A stretch of 64,000 nucleotides of DNA from a virus, in IMG/VR virus record IMGVR_UViG_3300023174_003694, positions 981 to 64,980 of that record; one strand, given 5' to 3'. Of this stretch, positions 21,185-30,710 are shown piece by piece. Each line of letters starts with the position of its first letter. Within the stretch, counting starts at the first letter, position 1. The notes beneath the pieces were generated by a model. It did no database searches. It was not told the origin of the DNA and saw only the letters and a list, made by a program, of their open reading frames with translations. The translations under genes were made by a program, and so were the position numbers.

Positions 21185-21943
21185 ATGGAAACTAAATTAA
21201 ATAAACTAGCAGTAGTAATATGCTATTGTAGTAATGATCATAGATTCATAGAAAAGTGTCTAGACCAAGCTTTATTGATCAGTGATAATGTTATAGTGCC
21301 GATAAGTGACCATCTTTTTGGAGGAGATCCTGAAGATATAGAATCTATTGAAATTTTAGCTTCTAAATATCCGCAAGTTAACTTTTCTATATTTGAATGG
21401 CATACTGGAAAGCATCCTAGGTACTGGCACAATATGTCTAGAATATTAGGAAATTCTTTAGTTTCTGATGAATGTGAATGGGTACTTTTTTTAGATGCGG
21501 ATGAAATATTAGAAGCTGATTTATTTAATAAATTTGTTAATAGCAATACTTTTGAATCGTATGATACGTATAAATTAGCTACCTATTGGTATTTTAGAGA
21601 CCCTATATATCAATCTAAGTCTTTTGAATGCGCTCCTGTATTAATAAGAAAGCATTTAATTAATATCAATCCAAATGATGTTCATTGTGAAAGAGAGCAA
21701 ATGTTTGAGTATCTTAATGTGCCTAAACAATTTTTAGTATTGCAAGACGATAAACCTATGATACATCATTTTTCGTGGGTTCGTACTAAAGAAGAAATGT
21801 TGAATAAAGTAAAAAATTGGGGTCATACGAGTGACACTAATTGGAAAGCTTTAGTTGAAGAAGAATTTAGTAGACCGTTTAATGGGACTGATTTTATACA
21901 TAATTACGAATACAATATTGTAGAAAATAAATATAATATATAA
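21185..21943 (+). CDS. glycosyltransferase family 2-like
   Basis: KLAVVICYCSNDHRFIEKCL is the GT2 N-terminal block. FLDADEIL is DxD. Confidence 0.45.
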   Translation: METKLNKLAVVICYCSNDHRFIEKCLDQALLISDNVIVPISDHLFGGDPEDIESIEILASKYPQVNFSIFEWHTGKHPRYWHNMSRILGNSLVSDECEWVLFLDADEILEADLFNKFVNSNTFESYDTYKLATYWYFRDPIYQSKSFECAPVLIRKHLININPNDVHCEREQMFEYLNVPKQFLVLQDDKPMIHHFSWVRTKEEMLNKVKNWGHTSDTNWKALVEEEFSRPFNGTDFIHNYEYNIVENKYNI

Positions 21944-22581
21944 TGGCAAACGGAATTTATAAAATTACAGAAGATTTTGAAAAAGCGTTAGCAGAATATA
22001 CCGGAGCTCCGTACGTAGTGACTGTTGACAATCAATCAAATGCATTGTTTTTATCTTTAATGTATGAAAAGGTTAAAGGCAAAGAAATTACAATACCATC
22101 TCGAACTTATCCTTCTGTACCGTGTGAGATTATTCATGCCGGAGCTAAAGTTAAATTCTCTCCTGTAGATGGTAAAACCATAAAAGGTGCATATCAATTA
22201 GCTCCTACTAATGTATGGGACTCTGCGTTATGCTTTACTTCAAATATGTATAAACCAGGAACTCATATGTGTATTTCATTTACAGGTCCTTATAAACATT
22301 TTAAATTATCTAAAGGAGGAGCTATATTAACTGACAACCACGATGCATATCTTTGGTTTAAACGAGCAAGATATTCTGGAAGAAGAGAATGTTCTTATCA
22401 TGATGATAATTTAGATATGTTAGGTTGGAACTTTTACATGATGCCTGAGTTAGCAGCTAGAGGTCTTTTACTTATGAATCAATTTTATAACGGAGAAGGT
22501 AAACCAAAGCACAATGAAGATTTAGAATTGCCTTATCCTGATTTATCTAAATTCAAAGTATATACTGAAGCAAATAGATAA
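21943..22581 (+). CDS. DegT/DnrJ/EryC1-family sugar aminotransferase, unusually short (212 aa)
   Basis: FEKALAEYTGAPYVVTVDNQSNALFLSL matches the DegT N-terminal block. SFTGPYKHFKLSKGGAILTDN...ARYSG aligns with the PLP-lysine region of PglE (SYNGNKIITTSGGGMLI...ARFYS). Lacks ~150 aa versus canonical members. Confidence 0.55.
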   Translation: MANGIYKITEDFEKALAEYTGAPYVVTVDNQSNALFLSLMYEKVKGKEITIPSRTYPSVPCEIIHAGAKVKFSPVDGKTIKGAYQLAPTNVWDSALCFTSNMYKPGTHMCISFTGPYKHFKLSKGGAILTDNHDAYLWFKRARYSGRRECSYHDDNLDMLGWNFYMMPELAARGLLLMNQFYNGEGKPKHNEDLELPYPDLSKFKVYTEANR

Positions 22582-23246
22582 TGAAAAATATAGTATTGAT
22601 TGGAGGAGGTAACCAAGCTCATTATACAATAGATATAATTGAAAAAGAAGGTAAATACCGAATTGTAGGTATAATTGATTCTATTCAAGATGTCGGTGCT
22701 GATAGATTTGGATATCCAATTTTAGGTCGTCAAGAAGATATTAAAGAAATAATAGATAAATACAAAATTACCGGAGGACTCATAACTATTGGAGACAATT
22801 GGTCTAGGTACTATGTATCTAAACAAATTAAAAAATTAGTTCCTGAATTTGTATTTGTTAATGCAATTCACCCATCTGTTATAATAGGTAACAATGTAAA
22901 ATTAGGAGTAGGTATTACTGTCATGGCAGGATGTATATTCAATCCAAAAGCAATTATAGGAGATTTTACTTTTTTTGCTACAGGAGCTCAGATAGAACAT
23001 GATTGTATAATTGAAGATTATGCTAGCATATCAGCTGGTTCAATAACTGGAGGATATGTTAAGTTAGGTAAATTTTCAGCAATAACGTTAGGAGCTACTA
23101 TTTTTGATAGAGTAGAAATAGGAGAGAATACAGTAATAGGTGCTGGTAGTTTAGTAACTAAGTCATTACCTGACAATGTATTAGTATATGGCAACCCAGC
23201 AAAAATTATTAGGAATCGCGAAAAAGGTGAAAAATTTTTAAAATGA
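22581..23246 (+). CDS. PglD/NeuD-family sugar N-acetyltransferase (left-handed beta-helix)
   Basis: N-terminal MKNIVLIGGGNQAHYTIDII Rossmann-like domain, then hexapeptide repeats ([LIV]G..) and C-terminal VLVYGNPAKII. Confidence 0.65.
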   Translation: MKNIVLIGGGNQAHYTIDIIEKEGKYRIVGIIDSIQDVGADRFGYPILGRQEDIKEIIDKYKITGGLITIGDNWSRYYVSKQIKKLVPEFVFVNAIHPSVIIGNNVKLGVGITVMAGCIFNPKAIIGDFTFFATGAQIEHDCIIEDYASISAGSITGGYVKLGKFSAITLGATIFDRVEIGENTVIGAGSLVTKSLPDNVLVYGNPAKIIRNREKGEKFLK

Positions 23247-24028
23247 TAACACAAGAAGTTTCAGAATTAAAAAATAATGGGTATGTAATTCTTAAAGAAA
23301 GAATATCATATGAATTATTAAATAAGCTTATCACTGCTGTCGATAAAGCATTTATAGAACATAAAAAAATTCAAATTGAAAATAACAGTGATATTAAATC
23401 TGACGGAGTTGCATTGCATGCTTTATTAAGTGATAATACATTCATTGAACTTCTGCAACAATTACTTGATAAAGGATTTATTCAAGAATTACAAGATTGT
23501 TACTTTGATAGCAAGTGTATATTAAATTCATTAAGCGCATTAAATAACTTACCTAATCAACCTAATTTTTCAGCAGTAGTGCACAGAGATCTTAGGTTTT
23601 ATTCTGGAGACTTTCCAATGATGTTAAATTGTCTGTTAATGCTAGATGATTTTACAATTGAAAATGGAGGTACTTACTTATTACCGAAATCTCATTTAGA
23701 TGAGAGAAAACCATCCGACGAAGAATTTTTTAATAATGCTATTCAAGCTACTGGTAAAAAAGGAGATATTTTAATATTCAATGCCAATGTATGGCACGCA
23801 GCCGCTCCGAACACTACACAAGAAGGTAGACGAGCTATTCCAATTACAATTAGCAAACCATTCATGAAGCAGTTATTAGATTATCCTAGAGCTTTGGGAT
23901 ATGACAAAATAAATACATTCAGTGAGGAATTACAGGAACTATTAGGATATCATTCTAGAGTTCCAGCTTCGTTAGTTGAATGGTATCAGCCGAAAGAAAA
24001 TCGTTTTTATAAAAAAAATCAAGACTAA
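23243..24028 (+). CDS. PhyH-family Fe(II)/2-oxoglutarate dioxygenase
   Basis: HRD...H facial triad candidates: VVHRDLRF and NVWHAAAPN. 261 aa. Confidence 0.45.
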   Translation: MITQEVSELKNNGYVILKERISYELLNKLITAVDKAFIEHKKIQIENNSDIKSDGVALHALLSDNTFIELLQQLLDKGFIQELQDCYFDSKCILNSLSALNNLPNQPNFSAVVHRDLRFYSGDFPMMLNCLLMLDDFTIENGGTYLLPKSHLDERKPSDEEFFNNAIQATGKKGDILIFNANVWHAAAPNTTQEGRRAIPITISKPFMKQLLDYPRALGYDKINTFSEELQELLGYHSRVPASLVEWYQPKENRFYKKNQD

Positions 24029-24711
24029 TGAAAAAAATTCATATATTTTACAGACATTATAATATACAAGGCAATGATTTAAAAAACAGACCTAATTGGT
24101 TTGATTTTGAAAAATGTTTTGTAAATCTTTTAAAAACTATAGAAGGTAAAAACGTCGACTTACATGTTGTAATGGATGGCGACGTCGATACTAATTTCAT
24201 AGGAAAATATAAAGACAAATACACTTTGCATACTATATATGCAAGAACAGAATATGGTTCATATCTTGAAACTTATAAGTATGTTAAGTCATTAAACTTA
24301 GGTGATAACGATTTAATTTATTTTTTAGAAAATGATTATTTACATGTAGATAATTGGGTAGATAAAATTGTAGAGTTATTTTCTACTTATGATAATTTGA
24401 ATTATGTAAGTTTATATGATCATGGAGATAAATATTTCCTTCCTGATTATGATAATTTAGTATCAAAAATATTCACATCTGAAACACATCATTGGAGAAC
24501 CACTCCGAGTACTTGTGGTAGTTATGTAATTACTAAAAAAATATTTGATGAGGATGAAGATGTAAACACAGGAGGGCCTGGCGATCATCCTAAATTTTTA
24601 TATTTAGCCGAGACAAGAAATAGATTTGTACTCACACCTATTCCAGGACTATCAACGCATTGTATGGAGGGTCTTTTAAGTCCAACAATTAATTGGAAAG
24701 ATATATGTTAA
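24028..24711 (+). CDS. hypothetical protein, possible nucleotide-sugar transferase (DxD-like ENDYLH)
   Basis: LIYFLENDYLHVDNW resembles GT-A DxD regions. Weak. Confidence 0.25.
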   Translation: MKKIHIFYRHYNIQGNDLKNRPNWFDFEKCFVNLLKTIEGKNVDLHVVMDGDVDTNFIGKYKDKYTLHTIYARTEYGSYLETYKYVKSLNLGDNDLIYFLENDYLHVDNWVDKIVELFSTYDNLNYVSLYDHGDKYFLPDYDNLVSKIFTSETHHWRTTPSTCGSYVITKKIFDEDEDVNTGGPGDHPKFLYLAETRNRFVLTPIPGLSTHCMEGLLSPTINWKDIC

Positions 24712-25433
24712 TAGCAACACTTAATCATAATCTGCCTCAATGGACAGATAATTTAGTTAATCAATTACAAAAAGATCCATTATTTAAAGAATGTGAATTA
24801 ATTGTAGTTGATAATGGTTCTAAAAAAGAACCTCTAGCTAATTCAACAACTCATCAGCTAGAAGAGAATGTATTCTTTGGAGGAGGGTTCAATGTAGTTT
24901 TAGATTATTTTCTTACTACTAATCATGAGTATCTTTATTTTTTAAATAACGATTTGGTATTTCACGGACCTTCTTTCTTAACTACTTCTCTTAAAGAAGC
25001 TAAACAATCAGATGCAGCAGTATATTCTCCTTCAGTTATTAATGCTTCTATGGATCAATGTCATTGGAAACAAATGTGGAATTGGGGGCAAGGGTTAAGA
25101 GAAGTTAAATGGGTAGATTTTCAATGTCCTTTAATTAGAAGAGATGTGTTAGAAAAAATTAAACAGTATCCTAATGAGTTAATTTATGGATGGGGTCTAG
25201 ACTTTTACACAGGCTGCATTACAGAACAAAACAATTTAAAAACTATAGTGTCTGATACAAATACTATAACGCACATGAATTCATTAACATTCAAAGAAAA
25301 TAAAATTGAAATAGGAGTTAGTGAATTTTGTAGAAATGCAGAAACTAATATGTATAATTATTTTAGGAATTCAGATATGGAATCCTTATATTTAGATTTA
25401 AGAAAATATGGAGAAAGTTATGATGTTAGATAG
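24693..25433 (+). CDS. glycosyltransferase family 2
   Basis: IATLNHNLPQ...ELIVVDNGS is the GT2 N-terminal signature (VVDNGS). Confidence 0.55.
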   Translation: MERYMLIATLNHNLPQWTDNLVNQLQKDPLFKECELIVVDNGSKKEPLANSTTHQLEENVFFGGGFNVVLDYFLTTNHEYLYFLNNDLVFHGPSFLTTSLKEAKQSDAAVYSPSVINASMDQCHWKQMWNWGQGLREVKWVDFQCPLIRRDVLEKIKQYPNELIYGWGLDFYTGCITEQNNLKTIVSDTNTITHMNSLTFKENKIEIGVSEFCRNAETNMYNYFRNSDMESLYLDLRKYGESYDVR

Positions 25434-26052
25434 TTTAGCAGAAAAATACGGAACTGATAAAGGACCTAATGCGCATTTGTATACCAGTAAATACAGTATG
25501 TATTTAGAGTCGTATAGAGATATTGAATTTAATTTATTAGAGATTGGAGTCTTTGATGGAGCGTCTGTAAAAATGTGGAAAGAGTATTTTCCTAAAGCTA
25601 CTATAGTAGCAATTGACATAGATCCTAGATGTAAAGAATTTGAAGAAGACAGAATACATATTCATATTGGAGATCAAACTGACATTAAATTTTTAAATGA
25701 TGTAGCTAATACTTATGGTCATTTTGAAGTAATATTAGATGACGGAGGCCATAGTTGGAAACAACAAATTGTTTCATATGAAACTTTATTTCCTAGATTA
25801 ACGCCAGGAGGTTTGTATTTTTTAGAAGATATGCATACATCATATGTGCCTCAAAGTAGATGGGCAGATCATCATATTACCGGAGTTAATTATTTTAAAA
25901 ATTTAGTTGATAAAGTAAATCTTAATGGCAAAAGCTTTTGTGGTTATTCTGAAATTAACGGGCAGTTTTTAGATTATGATGAACGTAATATAGATTATGT
26001 ACACTTTTATAAAAGTATGTTAGCAATAGGAAAACGACAAACTAGTTTATGA
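25408..26052 (+). CDS. class I SAM-dependent methyltransferase-like (CmcI/TylF family)
   Basis: LLEIGVFDGASVKMW is motif I. VAIDIDP is motif II. ILDDGGHSW is the DGxH block. Confidence 0.55.
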   Translation: MEKVMMLDSLAEKYGTDKGPNAHLYTSKYSMYLESYRDIEFNLLEIGVFDGASVKMWKEYFPKATIVAIDIDPRCKEFEEDRIHIHIGDQTDIKFLNDVANTYGHFEVILDDGGHSWKQQIVSYETLFPRLTPGGLYFLEDMHTSYVPQSRWADHHITGVNYFKNLVDKVNLNGKSFCGYSEINGQFLDYDERNIDYVHFYKSMLAIGKRQTSL

Positions 26053-26858
26053 TATCATGCAATTTCAATGGAAGGTTAGGTAATAACTTATTTCAAATAG
26101 CTACGATTGCCTCTATTGCAAATCAATTAGGAGTTGAATTTACGGTTCCTGAATTGACCTATGCTGGTCATAGAGGTGATATTCCTGTCGACTTAAGTAT
26201 ATTTGATTATAAATTTAATATAGGTAAGTTAGAATCTCCTATTGAATATAACGAACCATCTTTTGAGTATGCTAAAATAGAAGGCACTGACAATTTAAAC
26301 ATATCCGGATTTTTTCAGTCATGGAAATATTTTGAAGATATTAAAGATTTATTAATTAATAAGTATTTTAAACCTTCTACGGAAATTTCTAATATACTAT
26401 CTGAATACTATATATCCGAAAACTCTTTGGGAATTTCAGTAAGAAGAGGTGATTATCTTATGTTGCAACATAACCATTGTGTGCTAACTGCAGATTATTA
26501 TCAAGATGTTATTAATAAACATTTTAAAAATAATATTGATCAAATTTATATTTTTTCTGATGATATTGAATGGTGCAAATCTGTGTTTGGCGATCAAGTT
26601 AATTATGTTGAAAGTTCAATTGGGGTGCAGTTATTTCTTATGAGTAAAATGAAACATTTAATAATGTCTAATAGCACATTTGCTTGGTGGGGAGCATACT
26701 TAAATCAAAATAACGGAATTATTGTTGCACCGACACCATGGTTTGGGCCAAATAATGAACACATAAACACTAATGATTTATATTATCCTTCTTGGATAAA
26801 ATTTAATCATATAATACAACAACAACAATATTCAGTAACTCCAAATATGTACAATTAA
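26049..26858 (+). CDS. GT11-family alpha-1,2-fucosyltransferase-like glycosyltransferase
   Basis: NGRLGNNLFQIATIA matches the GT11 GGLGNQMFQYA N-terminal motif. SVRRGDYL matches GT11 HVRRGDY. Confidence 0.65.
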   Translation: MISCNFNGRLGNNLFQIATIASIANQLGVEFTVPELTYAGHRGDIPVDLSIFDYKFNIGKLESPIEYNEPSFEYAKIEGTDNLNISGFFQSWKYFEDIKDLLINKYFKPSTEISNILSEYYISENSLGISVRRGDYLMLQHNHCVLTADYYQDVINKHFKNNIDQIYIFSDDIEWCKSVFGDQVNYVESSIGVQLFLMSKMKHLIMSNSTFAWWGAYLNQNNGIIVAPTPWFGPNNEHINTNDLYYPSWIKFNHIIQQQQYSVTPNMYN

Positions 26859-27724
26859 TGCACATACTATATCAAATGCACGTAACTTGGTTTGAAACTG
26901 AAATGGCTCTAGAGTCTATACAATCTCTTAAAGAAGCTATTCAGAATACAAACTTAGAAGTAAAAGTTAAATTATGTTTTAATAAACAAACTCGGTTTGA
27001 TACTCCAATTAATAAAAGTATTGACGAAATGTTTGATAGCCTTTTAAAAGATGATTTAGTATCACAGTCTGAAATAACATGGAAGACTGATGAAGACGAT
27101 TTTTACAATGTAGGCGATTGGCGTCGAGAATGTTATGATGCTAATAATATTACTATTTGGGGTGAGGCGGATTGTTTAGTACCTAATACATATTTTGGTT
27201 ATATAGAAAGTATATTCAGTGCAAATCAAACGTATCCATTTATAGTTACTATTAAACAAAAGAAAATGTGGGATACATCTTGGACTCCTACAGAACACGA
27301 AGCGTTTCAGCAATTTAGTATAGAGCAAGTTCGATCAATAAATAATAAATTTGTAACAGGAGAAGGTTCACTATCTATAGAAGAATTAAATTCTTTTAAT
27401 GATTCATTTAGTATGATGCATAGCATAACTTCAAGTGATTATTATAAAGGCGACGGCGCGTTAGTATGTTTAAGTCCAAATATGCCAACACCTTTTATTG
27501 ACCCTGAACTTCATATGTGCGGCGAAGATTCATATTTCTTTACTTATTGCCAACTTAAACAAGTGCCTTTATATAATATTGCATATTACTTGAAAGGTCA
27601 TAATACAGGCCATCCTTTGAAAAGAACTAATCACTCTAGAAATGAAACTCAACATAAAGAGTTTGCAGAGTTTGATCAAAGTATGAGAGTAGTAGCTGCG
27701 AATAGTTTTAGAAAATTAGTATGA
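26858..27724 (+). CDS. hypothetical protein
   Basis: 288-aa ORF inside the glycan island. No motif recognised. Confidence 0.3.
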   Translation: MHILYQMHVTWFETEMALESIQSLKEAIQNTNLEVKVKLCFNKQTRFDTPINKSIDEMFDSLLKDDLVSQSEITWKTDEDDFYNVGDWRRECYDANNITIWGEADCLVPNTYFGYIESIFSANQTYPFIVTIKQKKMWDTSWTPTEHEAFQQFSIEQVRSINNKFVTGEGSLSIEELNSFNDSFSMMHSITSSDYYKGDGALVCLSPNMPTPFIDPELHMCGEDSYFFTYCQLKQVPLYNIAYYLKGHNTGHPLKRTNHSRNETQHKEFAEFDQSMRVVAANSFRKLV

Positions 27725-28689
27725 TAATAACTGCATGTCCTTTAAGAATTTCTTTAGTAGGAGGCTCTACAGATCATCCTAAATTTTTAGAAAAATACAA
27801 TACTGGGTCTGTAATTAGCTTTGCATCTAATTTACATACTTACATTACACTTCATCAAGATATTTTTGGAGCAACTTCATTAGACAAAAAATACATTATT
27901 AATTATTCTAAACGAGAATCTGTTAATAATATAGATGACATTGAAAATGAATTAGTGCGAAATTGTTTTAAACATTTAGATGTAGAGCATCTTAATTGTT
28001 TTATGACTTCTGACGTATTTTCTTCCGGGTCAGGATTAGCATCTTCGTCAGCATATTTATTAGCTTTGATTAAATCAATTTATGAACTTCGAGGTAAGCA
28101 CATTACAGAATTTGAAGTTTGTAAATTAGCAGAAGAAATAGAAAAAACATTTAATCCTTTAGTAGGGCAACAGGATTTTTATGGGTCATTAGGAGGATTA
28201 AAAAAAATTAAATTTTATAAAGACCAAGATCCAGAAATTAGATACCTAAGCGCTAATATATTTGAACAGATGGACTTGTATTTAGTGTATACGGGAGTCT
28301 TACGCAACTCTACGACAGTATTAGAAAGCCTAGATGTAGATAAATCAATTCCATTAATTAAGGATGTAGAAGATTTAGAAATTGCAATTAATACTAATGA
28401 TTTAGATTTGTTTCATTCTGTTATTAATCGCACTTGGATAAACAAAAAAGCAACTTCAAAATATATTTGTGAGAACAAAGCGCTAGTAGATTTAGATAAT
28501 AAATTAATAAACGATTCAAATGTTCTATCTCATAAATTGTTAGGAGCTGGTAATGGAGGTTATTTTTTAATCTTCACAAACAAAGGAAAAGAATCTATCA
28601 TAAGGAATTTATATATTAATGTAAATAAAATTCACATTTCAGATGTTGGATTAAACACGACTAACTTATATGATACTAAATACGTATAA
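27721..28689 (+). CDS. GHMP-family sugar kinase (heptose-7-phosphate kinase HddA / fucokinase-like)
   Basis: CPLRISLVGGSTDHP is the N-terminal block. SSGSGLASSSA is the GHMP ATP-binding motif PxGSGLGSSAA. Confidence 0.7.
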   Translation: MIITACPLRISLVGGSTDHPKFLEKYNTGSVISFASNLHTYITLHQDIFGATSLDKKYIINYSKRESVNNIDDIENELVRNCFKHLDVEHLNCFMTSDVFSSGSGLASSSAYLLALIKSIYELRGKHITEFEVCKLAEEIEKTFNPLVGQQDFYGSLGGLKKIKFYKDQDPEIRYLSANIFEQMDLYLVYTGVLRNSTTVLESLDVDKSIPLIKDVEDLEIAINTNDLDLFHSVINRTWINKKATSKYICENKALVDLDNKLINDSNVLSHKLLGAGNGGYFLIFTNKGKESIIRNLYINVNKIHISDVGLNTTNLYDTKYV

Positions 28690-29167
28690 ACATTGTTTAG
28701 ATAGAATATCTCAGGATGATATAGATAAATTAAAATCTATTATAGATAGCTATCAAGATATTATAATTTTAGGAAATGGAGGTAGCAATGCAATTAGCTG
28801 TCACATTGCAGAAGATTATACAAAGGCACTAGGTAAACGAGCTTTATGTTTTGGAGACTCGGCTAGAATGAGTTGTTATGCAAATGATTATGGATGGGAC
28901 AATGCTTATACAAAATTTATAGAACATTTTGCTGTAAAAAATACTTTAGTTATTTTAATTTCTTCTTCTGGAAATTCACAAAACATATTAAACGCTGCTG
29001 AATATTGTTTAGGTAAACATCCTATAATAACATTGTCAGGATTTAGTGAAACTAATAAATTAAATATTAGATATTCTAAAGAAGCTTTAATTAATTTTTA
29101 TGTAAGCAGTACAGATTACGGAATAGTAGAATGCCTTCATGAATTAATATTACATTCTATTATATGA
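28670..29167 (+). CDS. SIS-domain sugar phosphate isomerase (GmhA-like)
   Basis: IIILGNGGSNAISCHIAEDY resembles the GmhA GNGGSAADAQHFAAEL block. 165 aa. Confidence 0.6.
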   Translation: MILNTYKHCLDRISQDDIDKLKSIIDSYQDIIILGNGGSNAISCHIAEDYTKALGKRALCFGDSARMSCYANDYGWDNAYTKFIEHFAVKNTLVILISSSGNSQNILNAAEYCLGKHPIITLSGFSETNKLNIRYSKEALINFYVSSTDYGIVECLHELILHSII

Positions 29168-29481
29168 TATACTGTTTTGATTTAGATAATACTTTATGCA
29201 CTACCCTAGGCAATGATTATGAAAAATCAGAGCCAATATCTAATATGATTGTAAAGGTAAATGAATTATATGATGCTGGTCATACAATATTAATTTATAC
29301 AGCTCGTGGAATGTCTACTTATAAAGGTGATGTGGATGCTGTGTATGATGCATTTTATTTATTTACTAAAAACCAAATTAAATCTTGGGGTATTAAGCAT
29401 CATAAATTACAATTAGGTAAGCCTTCATATGATGTATTCATAGATGATAAGAATATGTTAATTAATGATTTTTTAGGTTAA
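29164..29481 (+). CDS. HAD-superfamily phosphatase (GmhB-like, short)
   Basis: MIYCFDLDNTLC is HAD motif I (DxDxT). IYTARG is motif II-like. FIDDK gives motif IV Asp. 105 aa. Confidence 0.5.
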   Translation: MIYCFDLDNTLCTTLGNDYEKSEPISNMIVKVNELYDAGHTILIYTARGMSTYKGDVDAVYDAFYLFTKNQIKSWGIKHHKLQLGKPSYDVFIDDKNMLINDFLG

Positions 29482-29519
29482 TCTAAAAGAATTTCTTATA
29501 TTAAATAAAATTATAAAGA

Positions 29520-30710
29520 ATGGAAAAAATAACATTTTGTATTCCTAGCAAATCTAATTTGCGTTATTTAAAAACATGTATTCCTTCAATTAGAAAGAAT
29601 GCGTTTAGACCTGATCACGATATTATTGTCTTTGTAGATTCAGATGAAGACGGTACTGTAGAGTGGTTAGAGCAAGTTAAAGATGAATACAATCTTTCTT
29701 ATTACGTTAATCCAAATTTAGGAAAATATCTATTTGGAATTGGAAAGGCATATGATTATTGTATTGAAAAATCTACAACAGATATTTTTATGATTTTTCA
29801 TGCGGATATGATGTTAGGTAAGAATGCAGATAAATTAGCATATGACCATTTAGTATATAAAACTGTGGTTTCTGCTACTAGAGTTGAACCGCCTTTACAT
29901 CCTAATAATGGAGAAAAGATTCTAATGGATTTTGGAATGTGGCCAGAGGAATTTAAAGAAGATGAGTTTGATGTATTTGTAGATACATTCAAAGAAGATA
30001 CTAAAGTAACTGACGGTGTATTTGCTCCTTGGATGATGTACAAAAAAGAATTTTTAGCAATAGGAGGTCATGATGAAAGAATGCATTCTTGCAGAGAAGA
30101 TTCTGACGTATTTAATAGATTAGAGTTGGCAGGATTTACATTTGTGCAACCTTGGAATTCTATGGTATATCATTTAACAGGTAGAGGTGCTGGAAGCTTT
30201 GGAGGGGATGAAGCGAGACACGCAGCTTGGCAAAATGATATGATTAGATCTACTAAAGAATTTATTCGCAAATGGGGAAGTAATGTTAAACATACAGCAT
30301 TAATGCATCCAATAATTATTCCAAAATATAATATTGCGTTTGTAGTTGATAATTGCACATTACAAGCTATCGAAGCTTTAGAGCCATGGTGTGATAGATT
30401 ATATATTAAAGGGTCTTTAGATTCTATAGCACATTTACAAGCTGACTATATTACCAAAGAAGCTGAGCATACTTCATTTAGCTTAGTTAAAAGGGTGTTA
30501 AGTGATATGCACAATGATGCTGATGGAGAAAATGATATTGTAGTTCGAATAGATGGTAGAACATTTGACGGAGACGATTTTATTTACATTCAACAGTTAT
30601 CTGAAATAATTAAAGAGTCTGGAACTCCTAATGCAACTTTTGAATTAGGTCATTTACTAATTACAATAAACTCAATGAATGAACTTCAAAACAATTTAAT
30701 CAATGTCTAA
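29520..30710 (+). CDS. glycosyltransferase family 2-like
   Basis: KITFCIPSKSNLRYLKTCIPSI is the GT2 N-terminal block. FVDSDEDG is DxD. Upstream CTTATATTAAATAAAA motif. Confidence 0.45.
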   Translation: MEKITFCIPSKSNLRYLKTCIPSIRKNAFRPDHDIIVFVDSDEDGTVEWLEQVKDEYNLSYYVNPNLGKYLFGIGKAYDYCIEKSTTDIFMIFHADMMLGKNADKLAYDHLVYKTVVSATRVEPPLHPNNGEKILMDFGMWPEEFKEDEFDVFVDTFKEDTKVTDGVFAPWMMYKKEFLAIGGHDERMHSCREDSDVFNRLELAGFTFVQPWNSMVYHLTGRGAGSFGGDEARHAAWQNDMIRSTKEFIRKWGSNVKHTALMHPIIIPKYNIAFVVDNCTLQAIEALEPWCDRLYIKGSLDSIAHLQADYITKEAEHTSFSLVKRVLSDMHNDADGENDIVVRIDGRTFDGDDFIYIQQLSEIIKESGTPNATFELGHLLITINSMNELQNNLINV

